Position numbers and translations under genes: made by a program
Notes under the pieces: model-generated
Told to the model about the DNA's origin: nothing
Seen by the model: the letters and a program-made list of their open reading frames with translations, nothing else
The model's database searches: none
From: a virus
Lineage: Duplodnaviria; Caudoviricetes
DNA length: 57,928 nt
Virus record (IMG/VR): IMGVR_UViG_3300045996_001284
Span: 1 to 57,928 of that record
Direction: 5' to 3' (one strand)
Part shown: positions 37,852-45,436 of the stretch, in pieces
Layout: each line of letters opens with the position of its first letter
How positions within the stretch are numbered: the stretch's first letter is position 1

Positions 37852-39662
37852 GCGGCAGCCGAGGTGAAGAGCGGGCCGACTTCACCGGGCTCTACAGCGG
37901 GCTTCTCAGCCCCGCCCAGGCGTCTCACGATGTCCTGGATGTATTCGGCCTCGCGCTCCACGAGCACAGCCTGGAAGCCCTCGGCGACCGCCGCAGCTCC
38001 AGTCGTGCCGCTGCCGGCAAACGGGTCGAGCACGGTGCCGCCGGGGGGCGTGACCATGCGGACGAGCCAGCGCATGAGGGAGAGGGGCTTTATGGTCGGA
38101 TGAGATGACCCTGCTCGATCAACCTTCCCCGCCTTCGCGCTGTAGTGGAACCGCAGCTCCTCGCGCGTGAGCGGGCAGGGCTGGAAGAAGCGGGCGGCTG
38201 AACCGCGGTCGTGATAGCTGCCCCAGCAAGTGCGGTCAGCAAACTCCCCGTAGACCGTCTGCGTCTTTGAGCTTGGGGCACTCGGACGGATGTTGCCGCC
38301 GGCCACCCGCTCCCCGAACAGGTCGAACGCCGCCAGCACTTCCTCGTCGCCTGAGTGGACTAGGTTGGCGGGCCAGCGGCCTACTGCGTTGTAGGTCGGC
38401 TGCTCATGGTCAGAGCGGAGCCCGCTCGCCTCGCCTTCTTTCCACGTCACGCGAGCGGAGCGCTGCCGCTGCACCTTGGCAGGATCGTACTCCTCGCCCA
38501 TAACAACCCTGCACCCGTCGATATTCAGCGCCCCCGTGCCCCAGCGCAGCACGTTTAAGTGGATGCTGGGCTCACTTAGAGATTTCCTCGCCAAGCAAAT
38601 CGGCTCATGGCTGGGTTTTAGGGCTCCCGAGAACCCACCGAACTCCGGCGAGAGTTTGCCGCATCTCGGGCAGCAGCCACCGTCTCGTAGTGCTCGTCCA
38701 TCCAGTGCTCCAGATGGCTCGCATAGACCTTCAGGTTGTCCAGCCGGTTGTCTGCCCGATCCAGATTGCGATGATGCACTTCCTCGCCCGGTTCCAGCGA
38801 GCGGCCTAGCATCTGCTCCGCTACCAAGATGTGTTCGCAGACGTAACCGTTCTTCCGCGCCCTCGGATGGTCCCGCTTCAGCACCATCACGTAGCCTTTG
38901 CCCGGCTCGACGTAGCGCCCGCCCTTCCAAGCCGGGTTGTTCTCTCCCGCTAGCTTCGGGTTCGGACCCCGTGGGCCATAGCTCCGATGGACTGTGTTCC
39001 GGCAAGCGCGGGAGCAGAACTTCCCCTCGTTCGTCGTCATAGTAGACGGGCGGCGGTAGATCGGCTTGTCGCAAAGGTCGCAAGTCGTGTTCGGCCGCCT
39101 GTTGGTCATCGCACTCACACCACTCAATGCCTGAGCGGTTTTTTAGCAGACCAACTTTTGCAAATCCAGTCCCATAAATCCACGCGAGCTGATCGCGGAC
39201 CTCGAACCCCGCATCCTCGATCGCGCACACCATGCGGTGGTAGGTGCGGGTGCCGCCGAACGCCACGAGATGGGCGCCGGGCTTGAGCACGCGGTAGACC
39301 TCGCGCGCCCACTCCTCGCACCAGTCTTGAAAGGCCCGCATCTGCCGGACGCGAGTGGCCTCGCGCGCCTCATCCCACTGTGGCGCGTCGCAGGTGCATG
39401 GCTTTGCACCCCGGCGCCGACCGCCACACGCTAGGCAGTTGGCATTGCGGGTGCCACCCCAGCCACCTGGCGTAGCGCGCTCACGATCGCCGAAGAGCTT
39501 TGACTTGCCGCCGAGCTGCCAGGGGGCATCCCACTCGCGCCCCATGAACTCCAGCCCATAAGGCGGGTCCGTCACCACCGCCTCGATGCTGTCCGAGTCG
39601 AGCGTCCGCAGCACGTCCAGGCAGTCGCCGTGGTGAAGCGTGGCCCCGCCGACCTGGATCAT
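37848..39662 (-). CDS. DNA methyltransferase (beta class, DPPY, probably N6-adenine) with in-frame insertion
   Basis: HGDCL, VTDPPY, RVLKPGA, ALKPSHEPI, HPTIKP, VLDPFAGSGTT; start ATG 39662 via ATGA overlap. Confidence 0.9.
   Translation of the reverse strand: MIQVGGATLHHGDCLDVLRTLDSDSIEAVVTDPPYGLEFMGREWDAPWQLGGKSKLFGDRERATPGGWGGTRNANCLACGGRRRGAKPCTCDAPQWDEAREATRVRQMRAFQDWCEEWAREVYRVLKPGAHLVAFGGTRTYHRMVCAIEDAGFEVRDQLAWIYGTGFAKVGLLKNRSGIEWCECDDQQAAEHDLRPLRQADLPPPVYYDDERGEVLLPRLPEHSPSELWPTGSEPEASGREQPGLEGRALRRAGQRLRDGAEAGPSEGAEERLRLRTHLGSGADARPLAGTGRGSASSQSGSGRQPAGQPEGLCEPSGALDGRALRDGGCCPRCGKLSPEFGGFSGALKPSHEPICLARKSLSEPSIHLNVLRWGTGALNIDGCRVVMGEEYDPAKVQRQRSARVTWKEGEASGLRSDHEQPTYNAVGRWPANLVHSGDEEVLAAFDLFGERVAGGNIRPSAPSSKTQTVYGEFADRTCWGSYHDRGSAARFFQPCPLTREELRFHYSAKAGKVDRAGSSHPTIKPLSLMRWLVRMVTPPGGTVLDPFAGSGTTGAAAVAEGFQAVLVEREAEYIQDIVRRLGGAEKPAVEPGEVGPLFTSAAA
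38618..39109 (-). CDS. HNH endonuclease nested in the +1 frame of the methyltransferase
   Basis: CDLC...FCSRAC, GENNPAWKGG, HPRA...GYVCEHILVAEQMLGRSL..GEEVHHRNLDRADNRLDNL. Confidence 0.88.
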   Translation of the reverse strand: MTNRRPNTTCDLCDKPIYRRPSTMTTNEGKFCSRACRNTVHRSYGPRGPNPKLAGENNPAWKGGRYVEPGKGYVMVLKRDHPRARKNGYVCEHILVAEQMLGRSLEPGEEVHHRNLDRADNRLDNLKVYASHLEHWMDEHYETVAAARDAANSRRSSVGSREP

Positions 39663-41173
39663 GCGACAGCCTCTGCGAACAGGGGCGCATCGCCCCGCAA
39701 CCGCTCGGCACCCATCGCGACGTAGGCGGGACTCATCTCGATGCCCACGCTGCGGCGCTGGAGACGCTCGGCCACGAGGAGCGTGGTGGAGGCCCCGGCG
39801 AACGGGTCGAGCACGGTTCCGCCGGCAGGACAGCCCGCCTTGATGCAACGCTCGGCCAGCTCGGGGGGGAAGGTTGCAAAGTGATCCGTAATTGTGGTAT
39901 CTTCCTCGCATGTACACGTGCGAGCGTTGCCATCAGCCGTTTGTCCCGAGGGATGCTTCGGCTGCTCACCAGAAGAGAAACCCTGCTCGGTTCTGCTCTC
40001 GGGACTGTGGCCGGACATGGCGCCGGAAGCAGGTTGAGGTTCACTGCCGCCAGTGTGGGCAGGTGATGCTGCGGCGACAGTCCCATGCTGCGAAGTCCCA
40101 GGAGCGAGGCCCGTTCTGCGGCTTTCGTTGCTATGCGGACTGGCAGGCGACGAACACTCGTGGAGCAGCGAACCCGAACTATCAGGCGTCCAGCCCTCGA
40201 CGAGGCTCGTCTGAATGGGAGCGGGCGCGTCTAGTGGCTCTGGATCGGGACAGGCATTGCTGCCAGGACTGCGGGCAGACTGAGAAGCGGCTTGTGGTCC
40301 ACCATATCCAGCCGTGGACGCCTCAGTCCGCCGCTCCCCATGCAGTGGGCAATCTGGTGACACTTTGCGACCGCTGCCACCGGCTGCGCCACGCAGCAGA
40401 TGAGCGCCGCTGAAAGGCTGGGTGGCGATCGTCCAGACGGAGCGGATGTTGCGGCCGGTCTGGGCGAGATGTTCGGCGGCTCGGTCGCCGAGCATCTTCA
40501 TGCCGTCGGGCCTGCCACTGTCGTAAGGGCGCTTGTTGCCAGGAGGGCTCACGCCAAGCGTTAGAGGCTCCTTCACCGCCTCCGCATCGAAGAAGTATCG
40601 CGGGCTCTTCGCGAGCAGGAACAGGTACTCATGCGCCTTGGTCGGGCGGTCGGTGACGCTCTCCGGCATCGGGTTGGGTTTCGCCCAAATGATGTCCGAG
40701 CGCAGCCACCAGCCGTCGTCTTGCAGCGCGAACGCCACGCGCCAGGGAACGCCGACGAGGTCTTTCGGCTTGAGGCCGTCCGTGGGCTTGCGCTGTCGAG
40801 CCTTACCGGCAAGCTCGGAATGCTTGCCCGTCCCGGTCCCGTATGCCGCGGCCCTACGAGCTAGGTCACCAACTCCGCAGTCATCCCGGCCGATTTTCCC
40901 GCCTGCGAAAGAGTCGCCCAGGTTCAGCCAGCACGTCCCATCCGCCCGCAGCACGCGCCGCACCTCGCGGAAGATCGCGACCAGCTTCTCGACGTACTCG
41001 CCGACCGTGGGCTCGAGGCCGAGTTGCCCGGCCACGCCGTAGTCGCGCAGGCCCCAATAGGGCGGGCTGGTGACGCAGCAGTGGACGCTGTCGGCCGGCA
41101 GCCCCACCAGCACCTCGCGGCAGTCGCCGTGCAGCAGCGTGGCCCCGCCGACCTGGATCATCCCGGAACTCAT
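39659..41173 (-). CDS. DNA methyltransferase (beta class, SPPY, probably N4-cytosine) with in-frame insertion
   Basis: VTSPPYWGLRDY, KPNPMPESVTDRPT, RSVWTI, HFATFP, VLDPFAG. Confidence 0.9.
   Translation of the reverse strand: MSSGMIQVGGATLLHGDCREVLVGLPADSVHCCVTSPPYWGLRDYGVAGQLGLEPTVGEYVEKLVAIFREVRRVLRADGTCWLNLGDSFAGGKIGRDDCGVGDLARRAAAYGTGTGKHSELAGKARQRKPTDGLKPKDLVGVPWRVAFALQDDGWWLRSDIIWAKPNPMPESVTDRPTKAHEYLFLLAKSPRYFFDAEAVKEPLTLGVSPPGNKRPYDSGRPDGMKMLGDRAAEHLAQTGRNIRSVWTIATQPFSGAHLLRGAAGGSGRKVSPDCPLHGERRTEASTAGYGGPQAASQSARSPGSNACPDPEPLDAPAPIQTSLVEGWTPDSSGSLLHECSSPASPHSNESRRTGLAPGTSQHGTVAAASPAHTGGSEPQPASGAMSGHSPESRTEQGFSSGEQPKHPSGQTADGNARTCTCEEDTTITDHFATFPPELAERCIKAGCPAGGTVLDPFAGASTTLLVAERLQRRSVGIEMSPAYVAMGAERLRGDAPLFAEAVA
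39874..39903 (+). promoter_or_regulatory. Putative sigma70 promoter for the antisense HNH (leaderless)
   Basis: TTGCAA-N18-TATCTT with extended TG; ATG follows 6 nt after the -10 box. Confidence 0.5.
39910..40413 (+). CDS. HNH endonuclease nested antisense within the methyltransferase
   Basis: Two Cys fingers, GAANPNY, W..AR..ALDRDRHCCQDCG...VHHIQP...NLVTLCDRCHRLRH. Confidence 0.88.
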   Translation: MYTCERCHQPFVPRDASAAHQKRNPARFCSRDCGRTWRRKQVEVHCRQCGQVMLRRQSHAAKSQERGPFCGFRCYADWQATNTRGAANPNYQASSPRRGSSEWERARLVALDRDRHCCQDCGQTEKRLVVHHIQPWTPQSAAPHAVGNLVTLCDRCHRLRHAADERR

Positions 41174-41385
41174 CTCTCGTATTGGGGTGGTTTCGTGATG
41201 CAGTTCTGAGACGCTGGCGTGCTTGGCCGCGTCCGCTCAGTGAGAGACTATCAAAAACGGTCGTTTGCGGGGTACGCGCTGCGTGCATAAGAGGCATGCT
41301 GAAAGAGCATTAGCGGAAGCACGCAATGCGTGGCATAACCCTTCTCACGCCAGGGCAATCAAGCCCGGCGAAAGGGAGGCCCCCG

Positions 41386-41574
41386 ATGGCCACTTCTCCT
41401 TCTCTTCCCCCCCTGCGGCGCCGCCTGCGCGGCCTGCCGGCCAGCTGCCACAAGCAGCTGTGCGGAGGCTACCTCCGCGAGGCGGAGCGGCTTCAGGGCC
41501 GCAACCCGGCCCGCGAGGCCGAGCTTCTCTCCCTGGTGGAGCGGTGGCTCCCCTACGCGGAGGCGGCGCGATGA
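41386..41574 (+). CDS. Hypothetical accessory protein
   Basis: GGGAGG RBS. Confidence 0.55.
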   Translation: MATSPSLPPLRRRLRGLPASCHKQLCGGYLREAERLQGRNPAREAELLSLVERWLPYAEAAR

Positions 41575-41786
41575 GCGCCGTTACCTTCCGCCCGGCAACG
41601 GGCGAGGGCGGCTTCGTCGAGATCGGCGTCCGTGACGCCATCTCCGGCGAGATCGTCGGCCTCATCAGCCGGCCCTGCACCGGGGCTAAATGGCTGGTGT
41701 ACGGCCGCACCGGGGTCCGGCCGGTAGCTCGGATGCGCAGCCGCAAGGCTGCCGAGGAGTTCTTCCTCAACGGGAGCGGGGCTTAG
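41571..41786 (+). CDS. Hypothetical accessory protein
   Basis: GGAGG RBS, ATGA overlap. Confidence 0.6.
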   Translation: MSAVTFRPATGEGGFVEIGVRDAISGEIVGLISRPCTGAKWLVYGRTGVRPVARMRSRKAAEEFFLNGSGA

Positions 41787-41802
41787 GCCCCGTTTTTCGT
41801 TT
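41777..41802 (+). terminator. Rho-independent terminator
   Basis: CGGGGC-TTAG-GCCCCG then TTTTTCGTTT. Confidence 0.75.
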
Positions 41803-41841
41803 GCGGGAGGCAAAAAAGTTGGCGCTCGCTGAAGAAAGCTG

Positions 41842-41895
41842 TTGACCACTAGCACGCACTGCGTATACTCAGGGCATCAGCAAGGGAGAACGCAG
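41842..41895 (+). promoter_or_regulatory. Promoter-operator-leader cassette
   Basis: TTGACC-N16-TATACT, operator ACGCACTGCGT, leader CATCAGCAAGGGAGA. Confidence 0.8.
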
Positions 41896-42114
41896 ATGAC
41901 CAGCACCGAGATGCAGAGCCTTACCACCTACGAGTGCATCGGCATGGCCGACCTAGAGCCTCACATGGTCCGCGACGAGGGCTTCCGCCGGCAGGAAATC
42001 GCGATGAAGAAGCTGGCAAAGCTCCAGAAGCAGGTTGAGGCAGCGAAGAAGGCACTGGCCGAGGCCGGCATGATCGCGGCGGCTGGCATGGCCGAGATAG
42101 CGAAGGCAGCATGA
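41896..42114 (+). CDS. Hypothetical accessory protein
   Basis: Cassette promoter and RBS. Confidence 0.7.
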   Translation: MTSTEMQSLTTYECIGMADLEPHMVRDEGFRRQEIAMKKLAKLQKQVEAAKKALAEAGMIAAAGMAEIAKAA

Positions 42115-42368
42115 AGGAGATGGTACGTGAGGCCCGGCGCTCACTGGGCCTCACCCAATCCCAAGCCGGCCACCTCTTCGGCGCCACTCTGCGTACATGG
42201 CAGGACTGGGAGAGCGGCAACCGCAAGCCGCACGGTTCGGCGCTGCTGCTGATCGAGCTGGCGTGCGAGAAGCCCGAGGTGGTGGACTGGCTGGAAGCGA
42301 AGCGGGCAAAGCAGGAGACGGCGGACGCGCTTGGCGAGCTGGCTGGAGCGGACGCAGAAAACCTCTAG
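42111..42368 (+). CDS. XRE-family HTH regulator
   Basis: ARRSLGLTQSQAGHLFGATLRTWQDWESGNRKP. Confidence 0.85.
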   Translation: MKEMVREARRSLGLTQSQAGHLFGATLRTWQDWESGNRKPHGSALLLIELACEKPEVVDWLEAKRAKQETADALGELAGADAENL

Positions 42369-42385
42369 CTGGCAGAAGAAAGCTG

Positions 42386-42440
42386 TTGACGGTACACGCA
42401 TCGCGTATATAATCAGGGGCATCAGCAAGAGAGACAGAAG
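42386..42440 (+). promoter_or_regulatory. Promoter-operator-leader cassette
   Basis: TTGACG-N16-TATAAT, operator ACGCATCGCGT, leader CATCAGCAAGAGAGA. Confidence 0.8.
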
Positions 42441-42719
42441 ATGCAGGCCACCGAGTTCCTCTACCCCGCCACCGCCGAGAAGGCGGACCTGCTCCGCTCT
42501 CTGCTCGCCACCTGCGGCGTCCAGGGCGCCCGCGTCCGTGTCATGCGCAACGGCGCTGCCCGTCTCGTCCTCCGCAACGCCAGCGACCGTGACGGCGCCC
42601 GTGACGCCCTCGTTCTCGCCGCCGCCCGCACCACCACCGGTGGCACCTTTGCCAACCCCGACAGCCGCTTTGCCTGGAACGGCCCGGTTGAGGTCTTCGT
42701 CCGCTTCGGCGCTCCGTGA
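42441..42719 (+). CDS. Hypothetical accessory protein
   Basis: Cassette promoter and RBS. Confidence 0.7.
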   Translation: MQATEFLYPATAEKADLLRSLLATCGVQGARVRVMRNGAARLVLRNASDRDGARDALVLAAARTTTGGTFANPDSRFAWNGPVEVFVRFGAP

Positions 42720-42748
42720 AAAATTCACGGTCTGCCTAAAGAAACCCG

Positions 42749-42802
42749 TTGACGTGACACGCGCTGCGTGTAGACTGGGCACATCAGCAAGGAAGAGCGC
42801 AG
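42749..42802 (+). promoter_or_regulatory. Promoter-operator-leader cassette
   Basis: TTGACG-N16-TAGACT, operator ACGCGCTGCGT, leader CATCAGCAAGGAAGA. Confidence 0.8.
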
Positions 42803-43264
42803 ATGACCACCGAGACCAGCATCCGCAGCCAGCTTCGCTGCATCATCCGCGACAACGCCAGCAATCCTGAGCTGGGCCGCAAGCGGGCCATCGCCTACCT
42901 GACCAAGGGCGCCGAGGCTCCCGTCTACGCCAAGACCGAGCCCTTCCGCAGTCGCCAGGAAGCAGAGCGCGAGGCTTACCGCGTGGTGCTGGCCGAGTTC
43001 ACCGCTGAGCCGAAGCCGGCCGAGGAGACCGAGAAGCAGGCACCGGTTAGCGTCGATGAGCAGTACAGCGAGCTTCGGCAGAGCGGCATGAGCGTCAGCG
43101 AGGCCGTCTCTGCCCTGCGGAAGAATGGCTTCTCGCTGAACGAGGCAGCCGACGCATCATGGCGTGGCGAGAGCGGTAAGCCGGCGCCGAATATGAAGCG
43201 CAATGCTAGGGCCGCGTCATCCTGGTATCGCGGCCGGGAGAGAAGTGAGAGCGGTCACTACTGA
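42803..43264 (+). CDS. Hypothetical accessory protein
   Basis: Cassette promoter and RBS. Confidence 0.7.
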   Translation: MTTETSIRSQLRCIIRDNASNPELGRKRAIAYLTKGAEAPVYAKTEPFRSRQEAEREAYRVVLAEFTAEPKPAEETEKQAPVSVDEQYSELRQSGMSVSEAVSALRKNGFSLNEAADASWRGESGKPAPNMKRNARAASSWYRGRERSESGHY

Positions 43265-43302
43265 CAGTAGCCCCACCCCACCCACACACAGGGAGAGACG
43301 AG

Positions 43303-43563
43303 ATGACGATGACCTTGGTGAAGTGCTGTACCGCAACCGGCAAAAGCGGCCCGACCATGGCCCAGCTCAAATCCGGCTTTGTTGCTCAGGTCCGGTCGCC
43401 CTTTGACAACCGCTTGCGCGCTGAACTGGCGTTGCAGGACGGCCGAGTCATCATGACCGGCTGGAAGCCAGACGGAAGAACGAGCCAGCACACCCTTTTC
43501 GCAGAGACGACCAACACCTACCGCCTGCGGGCTCATTGGCGAGGCTTCTGTATGTCCTACTAG
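43303..43563 (+). CDS. Hypothetical accessory protein flanked by direct repeats
   Basis: GGGAGA RBS; TAGCCCCACCCC(C)ACCCACAC on both sides. Confidence 0.65.
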   Translation: MTMTLVKCCTATGKSGPTMAQLKSGFVAQVRSPFDNRLRAELALQDGRVIMTGWKPDGRTSQHTLFAETTNTYRLRAHWRGFCMSY

Positions 43564-43584
43564 CCCCACCCCCACCCACACGAG

Positions 43585-43613
43585 CGGCCCCCTCACCGGG
43601 GCCGTTTTCGTTT
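43585..43613 (+). terminator. Rho-independent terminator facing the terL end
   Basis: CGGCCCC-CTCACC-GGGGCCG then TTTTCGTTT. Confidence 0.75.
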
Positions 43614-44965
43614 CAGCCCGGCATCGGGAAGGCAAACCCAGCCGGCCCACCGCCGGCCTGCACGGGCGCGACGATCTTCGGCTCGAATCCGCCCAGCATG
43701 AGGTCCGATAGGCTCCAAACCATCGCATCGAGTCTATCCGGCGAGCCGCCGCCCTCGTACCCGCCGGGCTTCATCGAGCACATCTGGTCTTCAAGCTGCG
43801 GGAACACGCCCGCTAGCTTCACGCGGCCCTGCTCGAACAAGGCGCTTACCGGCTCCGCTCGTGCCACCTTGCCCCGGCTGGCCGTCATGACCCGCACGGG
43901 CGCGTGCTTCATGGCCGTCTGGATGGTGTGGCGGACCATGCCGCCTCCGAAGTTCGTCTCTGCCACGATGCGGTCTGCGCCCCAGCCCTGATACGCGCCA
44001 ATGACTCGGCGGCCCCACTCGCCGGGAAGCTCACGGCAGGAAACGTCCGCCAGAACGTATCCGAGCCCATCAACGCCAAGCCCAGCAACGATGATGCCCT
44101 GCTCGTCGCCAGCCTCAAGTCCCTCGTCCTTGCCGCTAGGATCGACGCCGACAACCACGCGCTGCATTTCCGGCGCTTGCGTGACGCGCGCTGCTTCCAC
44201 CATCTCCCGCGTCCAGAGGGCGCCTGGGAGGTCGCCGAGGATTTCCGCCTCAAGTTCCTGCCTTCCTAGCCGGGTGCCTTCGTAGCGGCGTTTTATCTGC
44301 TCCAGGAACGAGGGGGCAAGGTTGGCATGATTGTCGAACGTCGAGCCCCGGATTAGCCGCACATCCTTGCGGGTAGGGTCCGCGATCTGGCGGACCAGCG
44401 GGGTCGGCTTAGGCGTAGTGGTGATGATGCAGCGCGGGTCTGTGCCCAGGCGCAGCGTCATCATGAGCATGTCCCACGCTTCGGTGCGTGGCCATGCGGC
44501 TAGCTCGTCGCAGTAGGCCCGGTGAAACTGCGGGCCGCGAAGCCTCTCAAAGGCGTCGGCGGAGAAACCCTGAATAAGGCTTCCGTTTGCGAAATGAAGC
44601 TCAAAGAGTGAGCGATTGTAGGCGACATCCAGAGACCCCCCTCGGAGGCACTCAGGCGGCGTTGACGCCGTAATCCCGCTCTCACCCTCAAAGCATGTAC
44701 GCCGAAGGTCACCCGCCGTAGGCGCGACAACCGCCGTTCGCGATCCCTCGTTCTCAACAGCATACCACCACGCATCCTCGGCAAAGGCCCGGGTCTTTCC
44801 GAACCCTCTGCCAGCGAGGATAAGGCAGATGAACCAGTCGCCGCCAGGGATGATCTGCTTCGGCCTGGCCTGCTCCAGCCAGCGCGTGCGGGCGATGATA
44901 GCGGGGGCCATCCATGGCGGGAGAACGCGAAGCTGGGCGGCTAGCCGGTCGACGCCGCTGATCAT
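43613..44965 (-). CDS. terL: Terminase large subunit
   Basis: AGRGFGKT Walker A, LRGPQF...DELAAW, VVVGVDPS, SPDRLDA. Confidence 0.95.
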   Translation of the reverse strand: MISGVDRLAAQLRVLPPWMAPAIIARTRWLEQARPKQIIPGGDWFICLILAGRGFGKTRAFAEDAWWYAVENEGSRTAVVAPTAGDLRRTCFEGESGITASTPPECLRGGSLDVAYNRSLFELHFANGSLIQGFSADAFERLRGPQFHRAYCDELAAWPRTEAWDMLMMTLRLGTDPRCIITTTPKPTPLVRQIADPTRKDVRLIRGSTFDNHANLAPSFLEQIKRRYEGTRLGRQELEAEILGDLPGALWTREMVEAARVTQAPEMQRVVVGVDPSGKDEGLEAGDEQGIIVAGLGVDGLGYVLADVSCRELPGEWGRRVIGAYQGWGADRIVAETNFGGGMVRHTIQTAMKHAPVRVMTASRGKVARAEPVSALFEQGRVKLAGVFPQLEDQMCSMKPGGYEGGGSPDRLDAMVWSLSDLMLGGFEPKIVAPVQAGGGPAGFAFPMPG

Positions 44966-45082
44966 GCCTAGCCGCCACAGGAAACAGGCCGGACAGTTGG
45001 CGCCGTCCGGCCTGCGATGTGTTGCTCACAAAACGAGTGCAGGCCGCTTCTAAGCCGCCTCGCTTTGAGGCACAAGGCTCGT

Positions 45083-45415
45083 CTAGGCACCCTCGGTCTT
45101 CTTCGTCGCGAGGTGCCGCATCAGCTCGGCTACCGACTGCATGGCCTCTCGGGCGCTGATGTCGATGGCGTGCTCGATGGCGCCACCCTCTGGGCCACTG
45201 TGCTCGACCGCCTTGCGCTTCGGGGCAACGTACTGCGCAAGCTCTGAGAACATCTTGCCCCTCAGCTCGCGGGAGCTTTCGGGATCGAGGGCCAGTTGGG
45301 CCATGCCAATTAGCGGGTCACACCCTAGAGCCGCGAGCTTCGCTTCAATGCCCTGATTGATTTTGTCTCGCGCTCCCTTGGGGCGGCCGGCGCCTGGGCG
45401 CTTGCCACCGGGCAT
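45083..45415 (-). CDS. terS: Terminase small subunit
   Basis: GGKRPGAGRPKG...ELAQYVAPKRKAVEHSG; upstream of terL. Confidence 0.8.
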   Translation of the reverse strand: MPGGKRPGAGRPKGARDKINQGIEAKLAALGCDPLIGMAQLALDPESSRELRGKMFSELAQYVAPKRKAVEHSGPEGGAIEHAIDISAREAMQSVAELMRHLATKKTEGA

Positions 45416-45436
45416 TAGATTTCCTTCCGATAAAAA

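Noticed and set aside
39663-39917. 85-aa N-terminal extension of the 689-aa ORF
   Set aside because: It overlaps the upstream methyltransferase out of frame; the real start is the ATGA-coupled ATG at 39662.
38640-40399. Inteins or self-splicing introns as the explanation for the methyltransferase inserts
   Set aside because: No intein terminal residues or splicing blocks in the host frame. The inserts are almost entirely filled by the HNH ORFs, leaving no room for a ribozyme core. Not excluded experimentally.
41842-42802. CRISPR array or integron attC sites
   Set aside because: The repeats are degenerate promoter/RBS units separated by whole genes; no cas or integron integrase gene is in the window.
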